Shown here: positions 12,901-27,321 of the stretch, one piece after another
How positions within the stretch are numbered: the first letter of the stretch is position 1
Layout of the letters: every line of letters starts with the position of its first letter
DNA from: Carcharhinus longimanus
Taxonomy: Eukaryota
Assembly (NCBI GenBank): GCA_030264375.1
Contig: JASCQW010000162.1
Coordinates: 95,940,558 to 96,004,557 of the forward strand
Direction: 5' to 3'
DNA length: 64,000 nt
Position numbers and translations under genes: made by a program
Notes under the pieces: generated by a model
Told to the model about the DNA's origin: nothing
Databases searched by the model: none
The model's input: only the letters and a program-made list of their open reading frames with translations

Positions 12901-14159
12901 AATTTAAAGACGCCATTGCAAAATAATTTTATAAACCACACAATTCAACACAGATTACCAGGTAAACCAATTATGAGGATAATTTGAAGAAATGTAATAA
13001 GTATTTTAACTTATTACATGGATCCATTTGGATTGGGCAGCTTCCCTTCTGCCTCCAGTCATGGTGTTGCTGGTGTTTGGGTTTCTACCTGCCAGGTTCA
13101 GTGCTTATCCATGAGCGAGTAGTGAGTGTAAGACAGTGGCAGCCCAGGAGCTGAACCACCTGCAACTGAAAGAAGGGCCGAGCCGGAGGTTGAGTTGGCA
13201 GCAGGCTCTGGTTTGGTGGCTGCTGCTGAGGAGCAGGGGGCCCAAGCTGGGATTGAGCTCAAGCTAAAAGAGAGGTTGTACTCAGCGCTGTGTTGCACCA
13301 TCAGCCTGGATCTGCCCAAAGCTTCAGTTTATCAGAGTACTGTCACACCCCAGCAACTGAGGTAAAGGAAAGCAATTTCCCAGAGAAATGAGAAGCACCC
13401 GAGCCATTGAGAATATTGACTTTCTGCGAGATTATGATCAATTTCATCAAGACTGATGAATAATACATTTTTCAAATTAAATGTTAGGTTTTAGTACCCA
13501 AAAGCACAGAACTATTATGACATGGGAGTGGTGTACCTGCAATGACATTCCAAATGGGCAAAAAAGTTTGAATTAGGATTAACTTCAGTTTGATGACAGT
13601 TTAACCACAGTATTCCTCTAGCACACCTGATTTTGGTTAGTTTCCATGCAGGCTCTCCCAGTCAGGACCATGCTCTATGCTCGTGTTTCCATGTGAACAG
13701 GTATGCACCTGTCATGTTGATCTTCTTTTGGCTTACAAACATTGCGTACTAGGTTTTAGAAAGCTCACAGATTTGGTTTGTCAAGGCACTTTTGTTTTAA
13801 AAAGGGTAGATTAACTTGGTTACAACCAATACAAAATTATCTGCAAGAAATGTTTCTATATCTCGAGCAAGTTTGTCTCTTTACATTGACGAAAAAGTGG
13901 CTGCATATTCCCAATCTAAAATTGCAAAGAATTGTACAGATGTTTACAAAGACGTCTGTATGTTAATGGAGAACAAACATTTTGGGATTTTTTTTCTGTT
14001 GTTAGGAATTTAAATTAGGTACAAAGAGTAAAAGTACAGACATGAAAAAAAAGAAACAAATCTATCTGGCAAGTGTATTTCCTAATGGAACTAAGTCACA
14101 ATAAGAAGATCCTAGATCAGACCTTTAATCTGGTAGGAAAGGTGATATGCCACAATCAA

Positions 14160-15530
14160 ATGCCTATGTTCACACAAAAACAACAATAACATGTATTTTT
14201 ATAGCTCCTAAGGAACCTTTTTGGAGCACTAGCAGACAAAAAATTGACATAAACACACACAAGGTAATGTAAGGACAAGTAACAAAAAGCTTGGTTAAAG
14301 GAGTAGCTTTTAAGGCGTATCTTCAAGGTGGACAGACAGGTAGAGATGCAGAGAGGTTTAGAGAGGGAACTCCAAAGCATTAAGGTGTAGGCAGCTGGAA
14401 GCACCACCGTCAAGGACAAAAAGTCAGGAATGCATAATAGACCAGAATTGGAGGAGTACAGGAATCTTAGAAGGGGTGTAGGGTTGGATGAAGTTAAAGA
14501 CAGGGAGAGAGAGAGCATGAAGCCTTGGTAAAATTTTAACTTTAGTTTGCAAATTTGAGGTGTTGCTCTATCAGGAACCAATATAGGTCAATGAGTGCAG
14601 AGATGATGGGTCAACAAGACTGATGTGAATTAGGATGCAACAGCAGAATTTTCTGAAGACCTGAGCTTTACGGATGCTACAGCAAGGGTATGGAATAACT
14701 GAACCTGGAGGTGACAAAGACATGGAGAAGGTTTCAGCAGTGAATGGAATGAGGCAGGTGTTGAAATGGGTGATGGACGGCACAATGGCAAGCACTGCTG
14801 GCGCACAATGCCAGGGATTCAGGTTCGATTCCCAGCTTGGGTCACTGTCTGTGCAGAGTCTGCACATGCTCATGTCTGCACAGGTAACCTCCGAGTGCTC
14901 TAACTTCTTCCCACAGTCCAAAANNNNNNNNNNNNNNNNNNNNNNNNNNNNNNNNNNNNNNNNNNNNNNNNNNNNNNNNNNNNNNNNNNNNNNNNNNNNN
15001 NNNNNNNNNNNNNNNNNNNNNNNGCACAATCGTTAGGACAGTACTAGGGATCCAGGTTCGATTCCCAGCTTGGGTCACTGTCTGTGCAGAGTCTGCACAT
15101 GCTCCTCATGTCTGCACAGGTAACCTCCGAGTGCTCTAACTTCTTCCCACAGTCCAAAAGATGTGCTGGTTAGATGCATTGGCCATGGTAAATTCTCTCC
15201 CTGTGTACCTGAACAGGTGCTGGAATGTAGCGGCTTGGGGATTTTCACAGTAACTTTATTGCAGTGTTAATGTAAGCCTACTTGTGCCTAACAAATAAAC
15301 TACGGACGTGGAGGTAGGCAATCTTTGAGTGGAAAGGATATCAGAACTTAAGCTCAGCTCAGGGTCACAGAGGACACCAAGGTGGCAAAATGTCTTGTTC
15401 TGCCTCAGACATTGGTCAGGGAGGGGATAGCATTCGTGGCTGGAAAATGGAGTTTGTGGCTTTCGACTCCCCAGTATTGAACTGGAGAAAATTTCTGCTC
15501 ACCCAATGCTGAATGTCAGACAAAAAGCCT
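14160..15530 (-). mobile_element. Decayed L2-type LINE 3' region interrupted by a SINE and a gap
   Basis: Typical L2 3' motifs in reverse (aaaagcttggttaaaggagtagcttttaagg, gagagggaactcca, gaaatttctgctcacccaatgctgaatgtcagacaa). Confidence 0.7.
14778..15300 (+). mobile_element. V-SINE (tRNA head) present on both sides of a 100-N gap
   Basis: ggttcgattcccagcttgggtcactgtctgtgcagagtctgcacatgct...cacagtccaaaa occurs at ~14822-14923 and ~15056-15159; tail cttgtgcctaacaaataaac. Confidence 0.85.
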
Positions 15531-15899
15531 GACAGAACTTTCAGGCCATTCATGCCAGCAGGGTCATCCAGTCCAGCACATGGCACACCCCCCACTGTGT
15601 TTCGTGGCAGCATCGGATGCAGTCAATGGGAAATCCAGCTGGCAACAGCGAGACGGGACAGGACGGGGGACGGGATGGGGGGGAATATGGTTGGAGGTCC
15701 AGAAATCTGTTCCATACCAGCATGAATTTCACATCAGAGCTAGTGTGAAATTCATACCAGTGGGAGTTCCAAAAATCCACTGGAGGCCAACCAGAATCTT
15801 CCATCAATCCCATTTCTCTGCAACATCAGTGGGAAATCACACAAGCACCAAACATATTTGGAACAATGTTGCATGCAGATGTCAGGACCCACCTGAACA

Positions 15900-16670
15900 A
15901 TACTTGGGGCTGCCTCGGGATGGAAGGCAGGCTGCAACCCTGAGCCCTGGAACACCACAGCAGTGGTTCAGCGAGGCACCTAAAGGCAGAGCTTCCAGAT
16001 TTGGTGTCCTGGACAGGCTCAGCTACCAGCCTCAATTTTCAAGAGAACAACTTTCTTTCTTCAATAGTGTGTTGGGTGCCCAGATAAAATCGTGGACATT
16101 GTGCCAGCTGCCCTGCCCCGCCATGGAATATGGTGCAAAACACCCAGTTGCATTATCAATGAGATCAGAGCTGGAAAGTTTGATGTGTTTTCCCAACAGC
16201 CTCTGTGGAAGGAAATTCCTACCAGACTTAGTCCTAGAATGGGAGAAATCCACTCAACGAATCAAGCAAGGTAGTGCTGAGATGCAACTGGGTGCAGTAT
16301 ATATGTACACATTTGGTATCCACCGTGTTTTTTGGTGACATGCAAGGGTAGATGTAGGTATGATGTTTCCCTTGGTCGGGAAAACCCTGGGACTAGAACC
16401 AGGGAACATAATTGCAAAATAAGGGAGATGCCACTTACGACCGAGATGAAGAGAAACGAGCGTTGTGAATCTTTGTAATTCTCTACTTCAGAGGGCTGTG
16501 TCATTGTGTAAGTTTAAAGCAGAGATTGATGGATTTCTGATCAACAGTGACATAAAGGATTATGGGATGGGGTGCAAAAGGTATTGAAGTGCCCAATCTG
16601 CCATGATTGTATTAAATGGTGGTGTAGGCTTCACACGCTGAATAGCCTCCTCCTATTTCCTATGTCCCCC
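15900..16670 (+). mobile_element. Decayed CR1 LINE 3' fragments
   Basis: CR1 3' motifs (gatgtttcccttggtcgggaaaaccctgggactagaaccaggg, gagatgaagagaaac, tttaaagcagagattgatggattt, ctgaatagcctcctcct). Confidence 0.6.
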
Positions 16671-18499
16671 GAGGCTACCTTGTAGATAAGAAATAGTAGG
16701 CAGTGTGATGGATGCCCAAGGACAGATTCTTGGGCATCCATCACAGATGGAGAACTAAATCCAGAATGAATCAGCAATTTAAGAGAAACTTCAAGGTTAA
16801 CAAATTTCAAATGAAGGTTATGAGTGTGGGAACAGCTTATCTAAAAATGTCACTTTTGTTTGCTTTATTAAGCAGAAGTGAAACCTGTGGAAGGCATACT
16901 TCTGACCAAAGCGAGAGACTGTTTTGCTTTTTTATAAAAAAAAACAGCAGAATTGGAAAGCACAATTCTTCAAGCATCAACTGAAGTAAAAAATCTATTG
17001 GAAGCTCAGCAAGATCATTAGGTCAAGTGCAGAGAACTAATCAGCTAAAGACTATAGTTATAATGTTCCCGTAATGGGGCTGCAAAAATCAAATCTAAAA
17101 CCTAACAACATTTGAACTGCATTTTGAATGGTCCAACATGATTCAATAAAGTTATAGTCTCGGCAAAAAAATTCGACGGTAGCTGAAACACTAGATGGTT
17201 TCACTTCAAGTTTACAGATCCTGAGAAAGGCACTTCAGGCAGCAAACTTCCTGCCAAGCTGGGAAAGGTCAATGAATAAAAGCTTAGTATCCCAATTACT
17301 CAAAATTAGGAGACTTGCAAAGTGAGAGAGCNNNNNNNNNNNNNNNNNNNNNNNNNNNNNNNNNNNNNNNNNNNNNNNNNNNNNNNNNNNNNNNNNNNNN
17401 NNNNNNNNNNNNNNNNNNNNNNNNNNNNNNNCTTAGACATCAGATAAAACAGAAAAGATTATGGGGAACAGCAAAGTCTTTGAAGTTTTGGAGGTGAAAT
17501 ATAATTTCAGCAGAGCTCAAAACAAGTAACAGCGTATTGGTTCAGCTCATTGTAAACCATACATGACTCTCCTTTCTATTGACTCCAGTAGTATATAACC
17601 GACAGCCAATCCTCTATTGCCCATTTTGTACCTCTCTCAAGCTTCAACTTTAATTTCTTTCTTCCCAAAAAGGCTCCATCTAGGTCACTGGTGCAGCGAT
17701 TGGGCAAGTTGTCGTGGAAGTCTGTTCCCATCGAATGTTATGTCAGAAATCTAGGCCATGCTGTGAATTATAATCACTAATTCTGAATAAAAAATTCTCC
17801 TCAATGCACACCTACCTTTCATTTAGTATTTCCTAAAGGGATCCAACCAGCTTTTAGAAACATTCAATTTTCTGTCAGAATGAATCAAACAGCCTTTTTC
17901 TGTCACCAATGAAACGTCAGCAAACTGAAACCATTTTCACACCAAATATTGACATTGTTTACAGTATGGTTAAAAAAAACTTTGACAATGTATTAAATAC
18001 ACTACAAGGAATCATTCTGATTCTTTACATTGTTACTTTGCACTCTCCCACATTTAAACAGTTCAAAGCATTTTACTATTCCCTCCTCTGCGAATTTAGG
18101 GACATGTATGCAGTCACTGTCTCTGACTTCTGCCATTTTTCTTAAGCTTTAAAAAATATTTCCTTTTGTATATGACACTTACACTTCCATCACCACTCAC
18201 ATTGTGAACACATCTGAAAAAAGTCAAACATATCAAAGCAGAAGAACTAAATAGGGCTAAATGTGCCAAACACAGTGAATTGAATGACATGCCATCAGAG
18301 TCTACCAGCTAATGAAGTGCAATGACTCAACAACCAAAAGACCATCTCCGAAAATGAAAGGAGGCTGCTGAGCAACATCCAGTTTATGTTCAACAAAAGT
18401 AACAGTGTTAAAAGGCAAAACAAACACAGTAACATATCAAATTTGTTGCTGTAATATTGACTTCTGAGTAACCAGCACAAACTGACAGCTGCCATTGTC

Positions 18500-19140
18500 C
18501 TTTGTTTTTATTTGCCCATGTTCTATGAACATCCTTGCTAAGGCAGCATTTGTTGCCCAACCCCAGTTGCTCTGGAGAAGGTGGTGATCAGCTGCCTTCT
18601 TGAACCATTGCTGCCCATGTGCTGCAGGTACATCTAAAGGGAGTTCCAGGATTTTAACCTAGTGACAGTGAAGAAATGGCAATATATTTCCAAGTCAGAT
18701 GGTGTGTGGCTTGGAAGGGAACTTGCAGGTGATGGTGCTCCTATTCATCTGCTGCTCTTGTCCTTCAAGGTGGTAGCGGCCATAATTTTGGAAGGTTCTA
18801 GCAAAGGAGCCTTAGTGGGTTGCTACAGTTTGTCTTGTAGATGATACACAATGCTGCCGCTTTATACCAGTGAGTGATAGAGGGAGTGAATGTGGTATTA
18901 ATCATGCAGGCTGCTTTTTTTCTTGATGTTGTTGAGGTTCTTGAGTATTGCCTGGATGCCCTCCACTCATCCAGGCAAGTGGAGAGTATACCAGATGACT
19001 TGTGCCTTACAAATGGTGGGCAAGCTTTGGGAATTCAGGGGGTGAGTTATTCACCCCNNNNNNNNNNCCATCTTCTGACCTACTTTTATAGCCAAAGCAT
19101 TTACATGGCTGATTCTGTTAAGTTTCTGGTCAGTAGCATC
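18500..19140 (-). mobile_element. LINE 3' fragment (same family as 1005-2300)
   Basis: cagcatttgttgcccaaccccagttgctctggagaaggtggtgatcagctgccttcttgaacc is the reverse complement of the family's 3' tail. Confidence 0.8.
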
Positions 19141-19939
19141 CAAAAGCTTAATTTTAGCAAATCATGCAAATTTCAAATTTACAAATGCAATTAATCCATT
19201 CCTAGCACCTCCTATTCTTTGGCCACGATTTTCAAAGCCCCAGTTACGGTAAATGAAACCTGAGATTTACAGGTTCAACATGATCCAACTTGTAACACTA
19301 ATTTCTTAACATCAAGTGAGAATCTCAAACAAGATTTCAACTGGATAAAAACATATAATTTCTTTTCAATTTTGGACAGTGTTCAACATACAGTTCCAGC
19401 TTGCGTAAATTGATTTCAATTATTTACAGAAAGCCATCATCCTCCAGACACTTAACTATGTGATCACTAAAACAATTAGCTAGCATAATGCAGCCCACAT
19501 TCTGTGATGTTTTCTCAAAAATAGGTGATTTGAAAAATATTAAATTAGTGCCTGCTGAAATCATAATTTCTGCAAAGATATCACAATTATGCTCCATACC
19601 CCAAAAAATCTTGAAAATGCTGAACTAGTCTTAATTCTGAAAAAAAGGTTTTCAGAATTCAGTTGACTTTGCTGATCTGCTACTCCCTGGCAAAGTTCAG
19701 TGAAATAAAACCAATTGTCAATGCAGTTCAGGCTGCGTGGTGCTATACTGTATCTTATTTCAAAAATTTGAACTTACTGCGGAATAATGTCATTACCTCT
19801 CAGCATAAGGAATGAATCAATGCAAACTCATGAATTCAAGGACTGCAGGTATGCTGGACTGGATCAGAATTTTAAGGAATAATAGTGCTTACAACTGAGA
19901 TAACCTGATAAACAACTTCACTTTTATCATTGCAATCCT

Positions 19940-20090
19940 CATTGAGTCAGCAGTGACCAGCTGCTGTTCAGTGCGCTCTCCTAGCAGTGCAGCAAAACTG
20001 AATCAGAGAGAAATGTGAGCCAGGGAGGAGAGACCAAGGATTTGGGGGAGGGCCGGGGGGAGGGGGAGGTGAGGTGGAGTTGTGGGGGGC
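19940..20090. promoter_or_regulatory. Candidate intronic regulatory element: AP-1/MARE motif plus G-quadruplex motif
   Basis: TGAGTCAGCA at 19943-19952 and G5-a-G3-cc-G6-a-G5 at 20044-20066, in sequence with no recognised repeat. Confidence 0.3.
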
Positions 20091-22984
20091 TGCTGTGCAG
20101 TAGAAACTATTTCAGTATGTTATGATCAACGAGCACAAACCTTCTCCAGTGTAGTGAAATGCAAATGCCAAGTCGACTTATATACTTAATTACATTCCTA
20201 AGAGCTTTTAGTTAATTTCCTGATGGGGATGAATATATGAACTGTTTACAGGTGCAGATCTAACCACTAGTGGATGTCTTCAAATACTGACCCAAATTTC
20301 CCTCATTGATGTAAAACATAGGTTGTGTACTTCATACCATTTTCAAAACATTTTTCTTACCATCATAAAATGTGTGATTGCAGTGCTGAAGAATGGTTTC
20401 AATCTTCATCAACAGTGGAGAAGTCAAGGACCGTACTGAATTGCAATCACTTCTTATAATAATTATATTTGAGTACCTTACATTTCACCCAATATTGACA
20501 ATGGAGATAATTGATCTGTCTTTCACTTTATTTCACTGAAATGTAGGATTTAATATTTTTCACTAGTAGTCTAACTCCTGGATTTAGCTGGTCTGTTATT
20601 GCGGATTGCACCGTTCTGTAAATGTTCTGATTGCATATAAATAACACACCAAATATGAGAGGGAGTTCGGAAATAATAGTCAGCAGGCAAAATAAGCTGT
20701 GAGATTGCATTCAGTGTAATATGGGGAATAACAGACGACAATGACTTGATTGATATTAACTGCAACTTCATTTTTCAACAAACACATTCTCTCTCAACAA
20801 AAAAAATGTAAAAGCATAATAATGTGATCAAATGAACTTAATTAGAAAGAAAGTTGACCCATAAACAAAGGCAACATCTGAAACTTGTCAATGAATAAAT
20901 TTTCACTTTCTTACAGAAACAACTTAAATTTACAAATTCTTTTTGTCCTGTTGTCGTGGTCCTCCCAAACCCAGATATACCAATTTAAACACACATAAAT
21001 GTATCTTTCTCATTGCGACAACACATTGTGTGGTTCTGCTCACTCTGCCAATATACTGTTATTTAACCTAGACTTAAAACTTTTTCCTTATCCTCTTCTG
21101 AAACCAGTCACTCATGTTTTGGTACAAACGGTCATGCAGCACCTTGTCCAAGCTTCCAGTTTTCATGCATGAACCTGAACTTTGAGCATTAGCAGACTAC
21201 TTGACTGCAGGGGTATTGTAACTGAACTTGATATTATCCTCATCTGAAGCCCTCACATGCACATTTTCTAGTAAGGCTTAGTGATTAGCAAACAGGAAAA
21301 GGAATTCTGCTCAAATTTTCTGATCTACTCCAGAGACACTCAAGTTCAATTACAGCATTGTTTTATTGCCTTGACGGAGGTCAACTAAGTTAACCGAGCC
21401 CACAGGCTAAACCTAGATCTTCCCTAGTATATGCATTATACTAATTCGCACTATGAGTTACTAGACAGCCTGTACTTGGTTTTTATTTTAAACACTATAT
21501 GCATTAAAAGCAACTAAGATTATTAAAATTAAAAGACTTGTTTTCCTTTACCTTCACTGGGATTAAAGAAACAAACTTTTTAAAATTTAGTTAGCACTGT
21601 ACTAAATATATACATGCCCATAGATTAACTACAAAGAAGCAGCTTCGTTGTGAAACCTTTTAAGCCTTACTATAAAATGCTCACACCATAAATAGAACAC
21701 ATTTATTAAAAATTACAAAACAATTTGGTTCCTGTTTTATAAGATTTTATACCCCACTTCAACAAAATGTAGCTACTTTTACTTTGTAGAGCTCAGATTT
21801 AACAGAGTAGCTATGGTCTTCAAATTTACATTAATGTCTTGCATTACTGATCAATTACAAATGATTCATAGTGAAAAACATCATACAGTACCTCAATAAA
21901 CAAAGGAAGTGCACAACTACTTTTGTCCATGTCTGCACATTATGTACAGTACATGGAAACTACTTTTCATTACACAGTATGCTTTTGTTTAACAGCCACG
22001 TTTCAGCTTTAAACCTGTGGATAATGAACCTGTAGGTATTATTTCAAAGCAACCAGTTTAAAAAAAAAGCCAAAAGAATGAAAGGAGCAAAGCTAATTAT
22101 CAGCATTCCTTCATGTATTAGTGTGTGTTGTGCACTAAATCTCTGGGAGGCTTTGTCTTGATCCCTAAAATTATCCTGTACTTATTCCTGAGAGGTTAGA
22201 GGTCATTTAGCTAATTAAAGCACCAATCACAGTAAAAACAGAATCACCCAAGATAAATGTTTTCACTTTTAGGGTTTAAAAGCTCAGCCTAGTACCTTAA
22301 TCTAATTTTGATTCTTTTATAACACTGCTAACCATCTGCTAATCTAATCGCAGACACACCATGCCATCTAGAACAATTGTGATCAGTTGTTTCTCTTTTA
22401 CGGCCAATAAGAAAATTCAATCAAGAATTCCCAAATCCGAGAGTGAATGACAAGAATTTCCATGATCTGTCATCACTAACTTTGTCATTTTAAGAATTCT
22501 ACCCTACATGGTGTAAACCATACATACATTTTATTGATCTTTATCAAAAATTATTAAGTCTTTTAAAATTTGTGTGTCAAAGTAAACATGTAATACAAAC
22601 AGGAAATGTGTGCTGAGAAAGGAAGGGAGGGTTAATATTTTTGGTCTGTGGCCCTTTATCAGAGCTGTAAATTAAACAGTTGCTTCACTGAATGTTGATC
22701 AAATGGAATTGGAACAAAACAGTAACTGTTCCATACTTCTACTGACATGCAGTCCGAGAAGTGGAGTTCCATTCATCAGCTTCTCACAAATATATCTAAC
22801 TCTCAAACAGAAACAACACTCCACCATAACATGTTTTATTTGCGGCATATTGCCTCTCTTAAGTAATGGTTTACAGAGGTAGGAAAAGTCATCAAGTGAC
22901 TTTTCCCCGCCTGCTCCCCATCCCCCCCCGCCAATTTTTAAAATTATGTGAATACAAGAAACAGATCATATCCTCCCTTTCAAT

Positions 22985-25370
22985 TCTTTCCTCAAAGCAG
23001 CACAGACCTGTTATGCACAAAAAGAAGCCATTCAGCCCATCATGTCTGCACTGTGTCTCAGAATGAGCATTTCAATTAATGCCATTCCCCTGCCTTCTCC
23101 CTATAACCCTGCATTTGTCCTCTTCAGGTAACAGACCAATTCCCCTTTGATGCTTCAATTGAGCCTGTGCCCCCCTACTCTCAGGCAGTGCATTCCAGAA
23201 CTTAACCACTCACTGCATGAAAAAGCTTTTCCTCAAATTGTTTTTACATCTTTTATCAAATACTGCAAATCTGTACATTATTCACCATCTGTCCACTAAT
23301 TCCATCAACCTGTCAATATCCTTTTGAAGTTTTATTATCTTCCTCACAGTTCACAATGCTTCCAAGTTTCATACAATCTGCAAATCTTGAATTTGTGCCC
23401 TGTTCACCAAGGTTGAGGTCATTGGGAAGGCAGTGGCATGGTGGTATTGTCAATAGATCAGGACTCCAGAAACCCAGGTCATACTCTGGGGATCCATGGA
23501 GTATGGTGAAATTGAATTCAATAAAAATCTGAAATTAAAAGTCTAATGATAACCATGTCCTTTAGGAAAAGGAATCTGCCATCCTTACATGGTTTGGCCT
23601 AAGTGTGACTCCAATGAAGTTGACTCTTTTAAAAAAGAAAAGCCCTCTGAAATGGTCTAGCTTAAGTTCAAGGGCAATTAGGGATGGGCAATAAATGCTG
23701 GTCCATATCCCATGAAATAATGGAATCAGGAAAAACAAGGGTCCTATTCCTGGGAACCCCACTGCAAACCATCCTCCATGTCGCTCAGCCAATTTTGTAT
23801 CAATTTTGCCACTGTCCCTTTTATTCCTTGGCTCACAAAAACTGTTGCATGCCACTTTATCAAATGTCTTTTGTTTACCACATCAACCCCATTTCCCTCA
23901 TCTAGCCTGTTACCTCTAAGGAAATCCATGTTAACTTTCATTGGTTAACCTGCATTTGTCCTGAATTATTGTTTCCAGAAGTTTTGCCACCGCCTAATCT
24001 AAATTGACTGGCCCCTGCTTACTGGGCTTACTTTTGTACCTGATTTTCAACTGTATTTTCTGGCTGACATATGTCATAAGCACTTTCTTCGTTATCTCAA
24101 TTTCTATTGCTTTTGGCATCCAGGGTGTTCTGGCTTTGTTTATCCTAGCCTTCCACTTTGAGGAAATATATCTTGAAATACACTTCTTTGAAAATTGTTT
24201 AGGAACCATTTTTCCTATCGACCTTTGGGTCCAATTTATCCATCCCAGAGTCATTTTTATCCCATTGAAGTTAGCTTCCCCCCAGTTAATTATTTTTTGG
24301 GTTGTTCTTTGTCCTTTTCCAAAGTTAGCCTAAACTTTATGAAGCAATGATCACTGTTCCTTGAACGTGATTCCCATTGATACTTGATCCAGGTGGCCCA
24401 CCTCATTCTCATGAACAAGGGCTAACAGTGCCCCCTTTATCATTGGACTGAAAACATACTGTTGTAGAAAATTTTCCTGAACACGTTAGGAACTTCTTGC
24501 CCCTCACTCTTTTCCACACTACATACTATTATATATTTGTATAATTCGAAACCCTGTTTATAGCTACCCTATAATTTTTGCACTTCTCTAGTTCCTAGCA
24601 AATTTGTTATTCTACACCCTTCCCCCTAGTTGATGGCCTGGAGACAATGCCAAGTAATGTAATTACATTTTTTTATTCCTTACCTCTAGCCAAATGGATT
24701 CTGTCCTCAACTCCTCTGCACTGCAATGCTCTTCTTGATCAATACCACAAGCCATCCCACTTCTCATTTCCTGTCTTTCCTGAACATCTTGCATCCAGGA
24801 ATATTTAATACCCAGTTCTGCCCTCATCAGCTATGTTTCTTGTAGCCACAACATTGTATTTCCACATGTGCCTGTAACTCACCAATGTTTACCACACTCT
24901 GTGCATTCAAATACATGTACAATAACACTGATTTACATTTGCTTTCTTACTTTTACCCCACCTATTAATTAACTGTTCCTTATTCTTGTGCTAGCTATCT
25001 CTTCCAGTTTTTTCACATTGGTATTCCTCTTTGATCTTTGCTCTTGGTTCCTGCATCCCTGCCAAGTTAATGTAAAGCCTCCCTAATTGCACAAGCAAAA
25101 TGTACCAGCTCTACTTGAGTATAACCAATCGAGCCCGTACAGGTCTTATCACCTTGTGAGCCACTCCCATGTCCCAAGAATCTAAAGTCCTCCCTCTTGT
25201 ACCATCTTTCCAGCTACAAATTCATCTGTTAATCCTTCTATTTCTATACTCACCAGCGCACTGTACTGAGAGTAATTTGGAGATAACTACTGTTTAAGTC
25301 TCGCTTGATAATTTCTTACCTAGCTCTTTCAATTCTGGCTGCAGGGCCAAATTGTTCTTTCTGCACAGCA
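22985..25370 (-). mobile_element. Nested, decayed CR1 LINE fragments with a SINE-like insert at ~23425-23720
   Basis: Reverse CR1 tail (aagaagccattcagcccatcatgtctg), RT-region remnants (aaattgactggcc, catccagggtgttctgg) and an endonuclease/ORF1-side remnant towards 25370. Confidence 0.65.
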
Positions 25371-27321
25371 ATGTGGCTGATTCTTAACTATCCTCTGCAA
25401 TGGTTTGAAGGGCAATTGGAAATGGATGACAAATGCTGGCCTAGCCAGTGATGCCCGCATTCCATGAAAGAAAGAAAGAAAGAAAATTGGGAAAAAGTTA
25501 GAAAGAAAGAAGAGGTGTTTGAAGTTTTAATTGGTCATACGTAGAGATGACTAGAGAACTGAATAGAAATTGAATTAAGTCCAAATGGCATAACCTGCTA
25601 TTTTTCCAGGTTGCAAGGGAAATATGAAATGGACTAAATTTCACTGAAAACACTAATCTTTTCAGTCTTGTGTGTAGAATTTACCAGTTTACAAATGATC
25701 ATATCGGTCTAGGGTGTTTATCTTGTACATGTTGCTTCCTATAGGATAAGAGAATTACATGCAAGATTATAGCATGCACATAATAAGGGATCATGTTACA
25801 AGCCTCAGATCATGCCATGATATATCGAGATGTTGCGCATTAAATGGTAAATTCCTAACAGCAAGTGACGTAGTCACCATTTTTGGGAGAGCCAAGCGAT
25901 ATTGTTTTTGACAAAATACATTCTGCAGCCTGAATATGTTTTAACAATAGGGTTTAGAAATTCTGACATTAATATTTGTCTGCTTTCTGTAAAAGAACAG
26001 ACGTCTACATTTAAAAGAATAAAAAAGGAGGGTAAATTGAAGTTTTTAGTGCATTACATTAAATACTCTAATTTTTGTGGTGATTGTTGTACTTGGAATC
26101 AATGACTCCTACAGACTACGGAATTATTATTTGCTAAGGAATATCTTATTATCTAGCTCAAAATAATGCTTTTTTGTTGCACAAAACTCAAGCAAAATAA
26201 AGATGCAAAAAAATCAGACAAAAGGCAATCAAATGGAAAATAAAAACTACAAAAGATGTAAAAGAATGTGCATATTTTATTTCTGAGCAATACCCTGGGA
26301 TACTATTAATTACATTGGTGGGCTTCCTTTAGACCAACTTTCTTCCTTTTATTCAATCTGAAGTTCGATACTGATGGATTAGGGAAGTAAATGTAAATTA
26401 GTTTCAAGCACAACAGTGGAGAATGGTGTTAGATTCATAGCTCCAGGTAGAATGATAGTTTAAACAAAACATCTTTTGCTCTGTTTCTTATATCCCTTCC
26501 TCCTCAGTCCTCTCCCCATTTGTCTGAGAAGAATCTTGTCAGGATGCCTATTTTCAACTGTCAAGGCTTTATCTTTATAAATCTCTCATGATAGCTCCTG
26601 GGAAAAGTGGTGTAGACGTGGGATTTGCCTGATTCATAAAAGAGGCCAGCTAGAAATAATTTTATGAACATGATATAATTATTTAGTCATATGTGTACCC
26701 ATAGCGTGTGTGCTTCCAAATGATTGCATACATTTGTAGAATTGATCCACCTGTGTACAGCGATTGGGAAATGTGGTTGATATCGTCTAGATTTGGGAGC
26801 AACAGGCAACGAATTGGTCATGGTATCAGCAGCAATCTCTTTGCAAGAGGACAGTGACAGGTATTTCAGATTTAGGGAAGAGATCACTGACTGCCACATT
26901 AGAAGAGTTGAGGCAGGGATTGTGCCTGTGCAGTAAAGTGAAAAGCCTGACCAACAAATATCAAAAATTATTGGCTATATTTAACAATTGTAACACTGCT
27001 AAAACTCAAAACAAAGAGAGTGAGATTGGTCAAAGCCAGTTGTGCAAGATAAGGTTGAAGCAAATCAGGAAACAATATTTCAGTGTGGCAATTTTTATTC
27101 GCCACTGACTTGGAAAATATTGCTACGATTTTTAATTCCAAACCGAGTAAAAATGACAAGTGAGATTAGGAAGCAAGTCACCAAAGAGTTTGAACTATTG
27201 CTCTACGGACTTCAGTGGAAAGAAGATTGGGAATGATAAGTCATTATGAGTCCATTACACTGCTGTTATTGACCAATTTCACTACTAACATCCATCAGTC
27301 ATTTTTATTATTTATTGTCCT

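Noticed and set aside
14810-15160. Near-identical SINE segment duplicated on both sides of a 100-N gap
   Set aside because: The same diagnostic mutations flank a scaffold gap, so this is most likely an assembly overlap or haplotype artefact rather than biology.
15580-16338. Longest ORF in the window (252 aa)
   Set aside because: It runs across a MITE and decayed LINE sequence, has no recognisable domain and is antisense to MITF.
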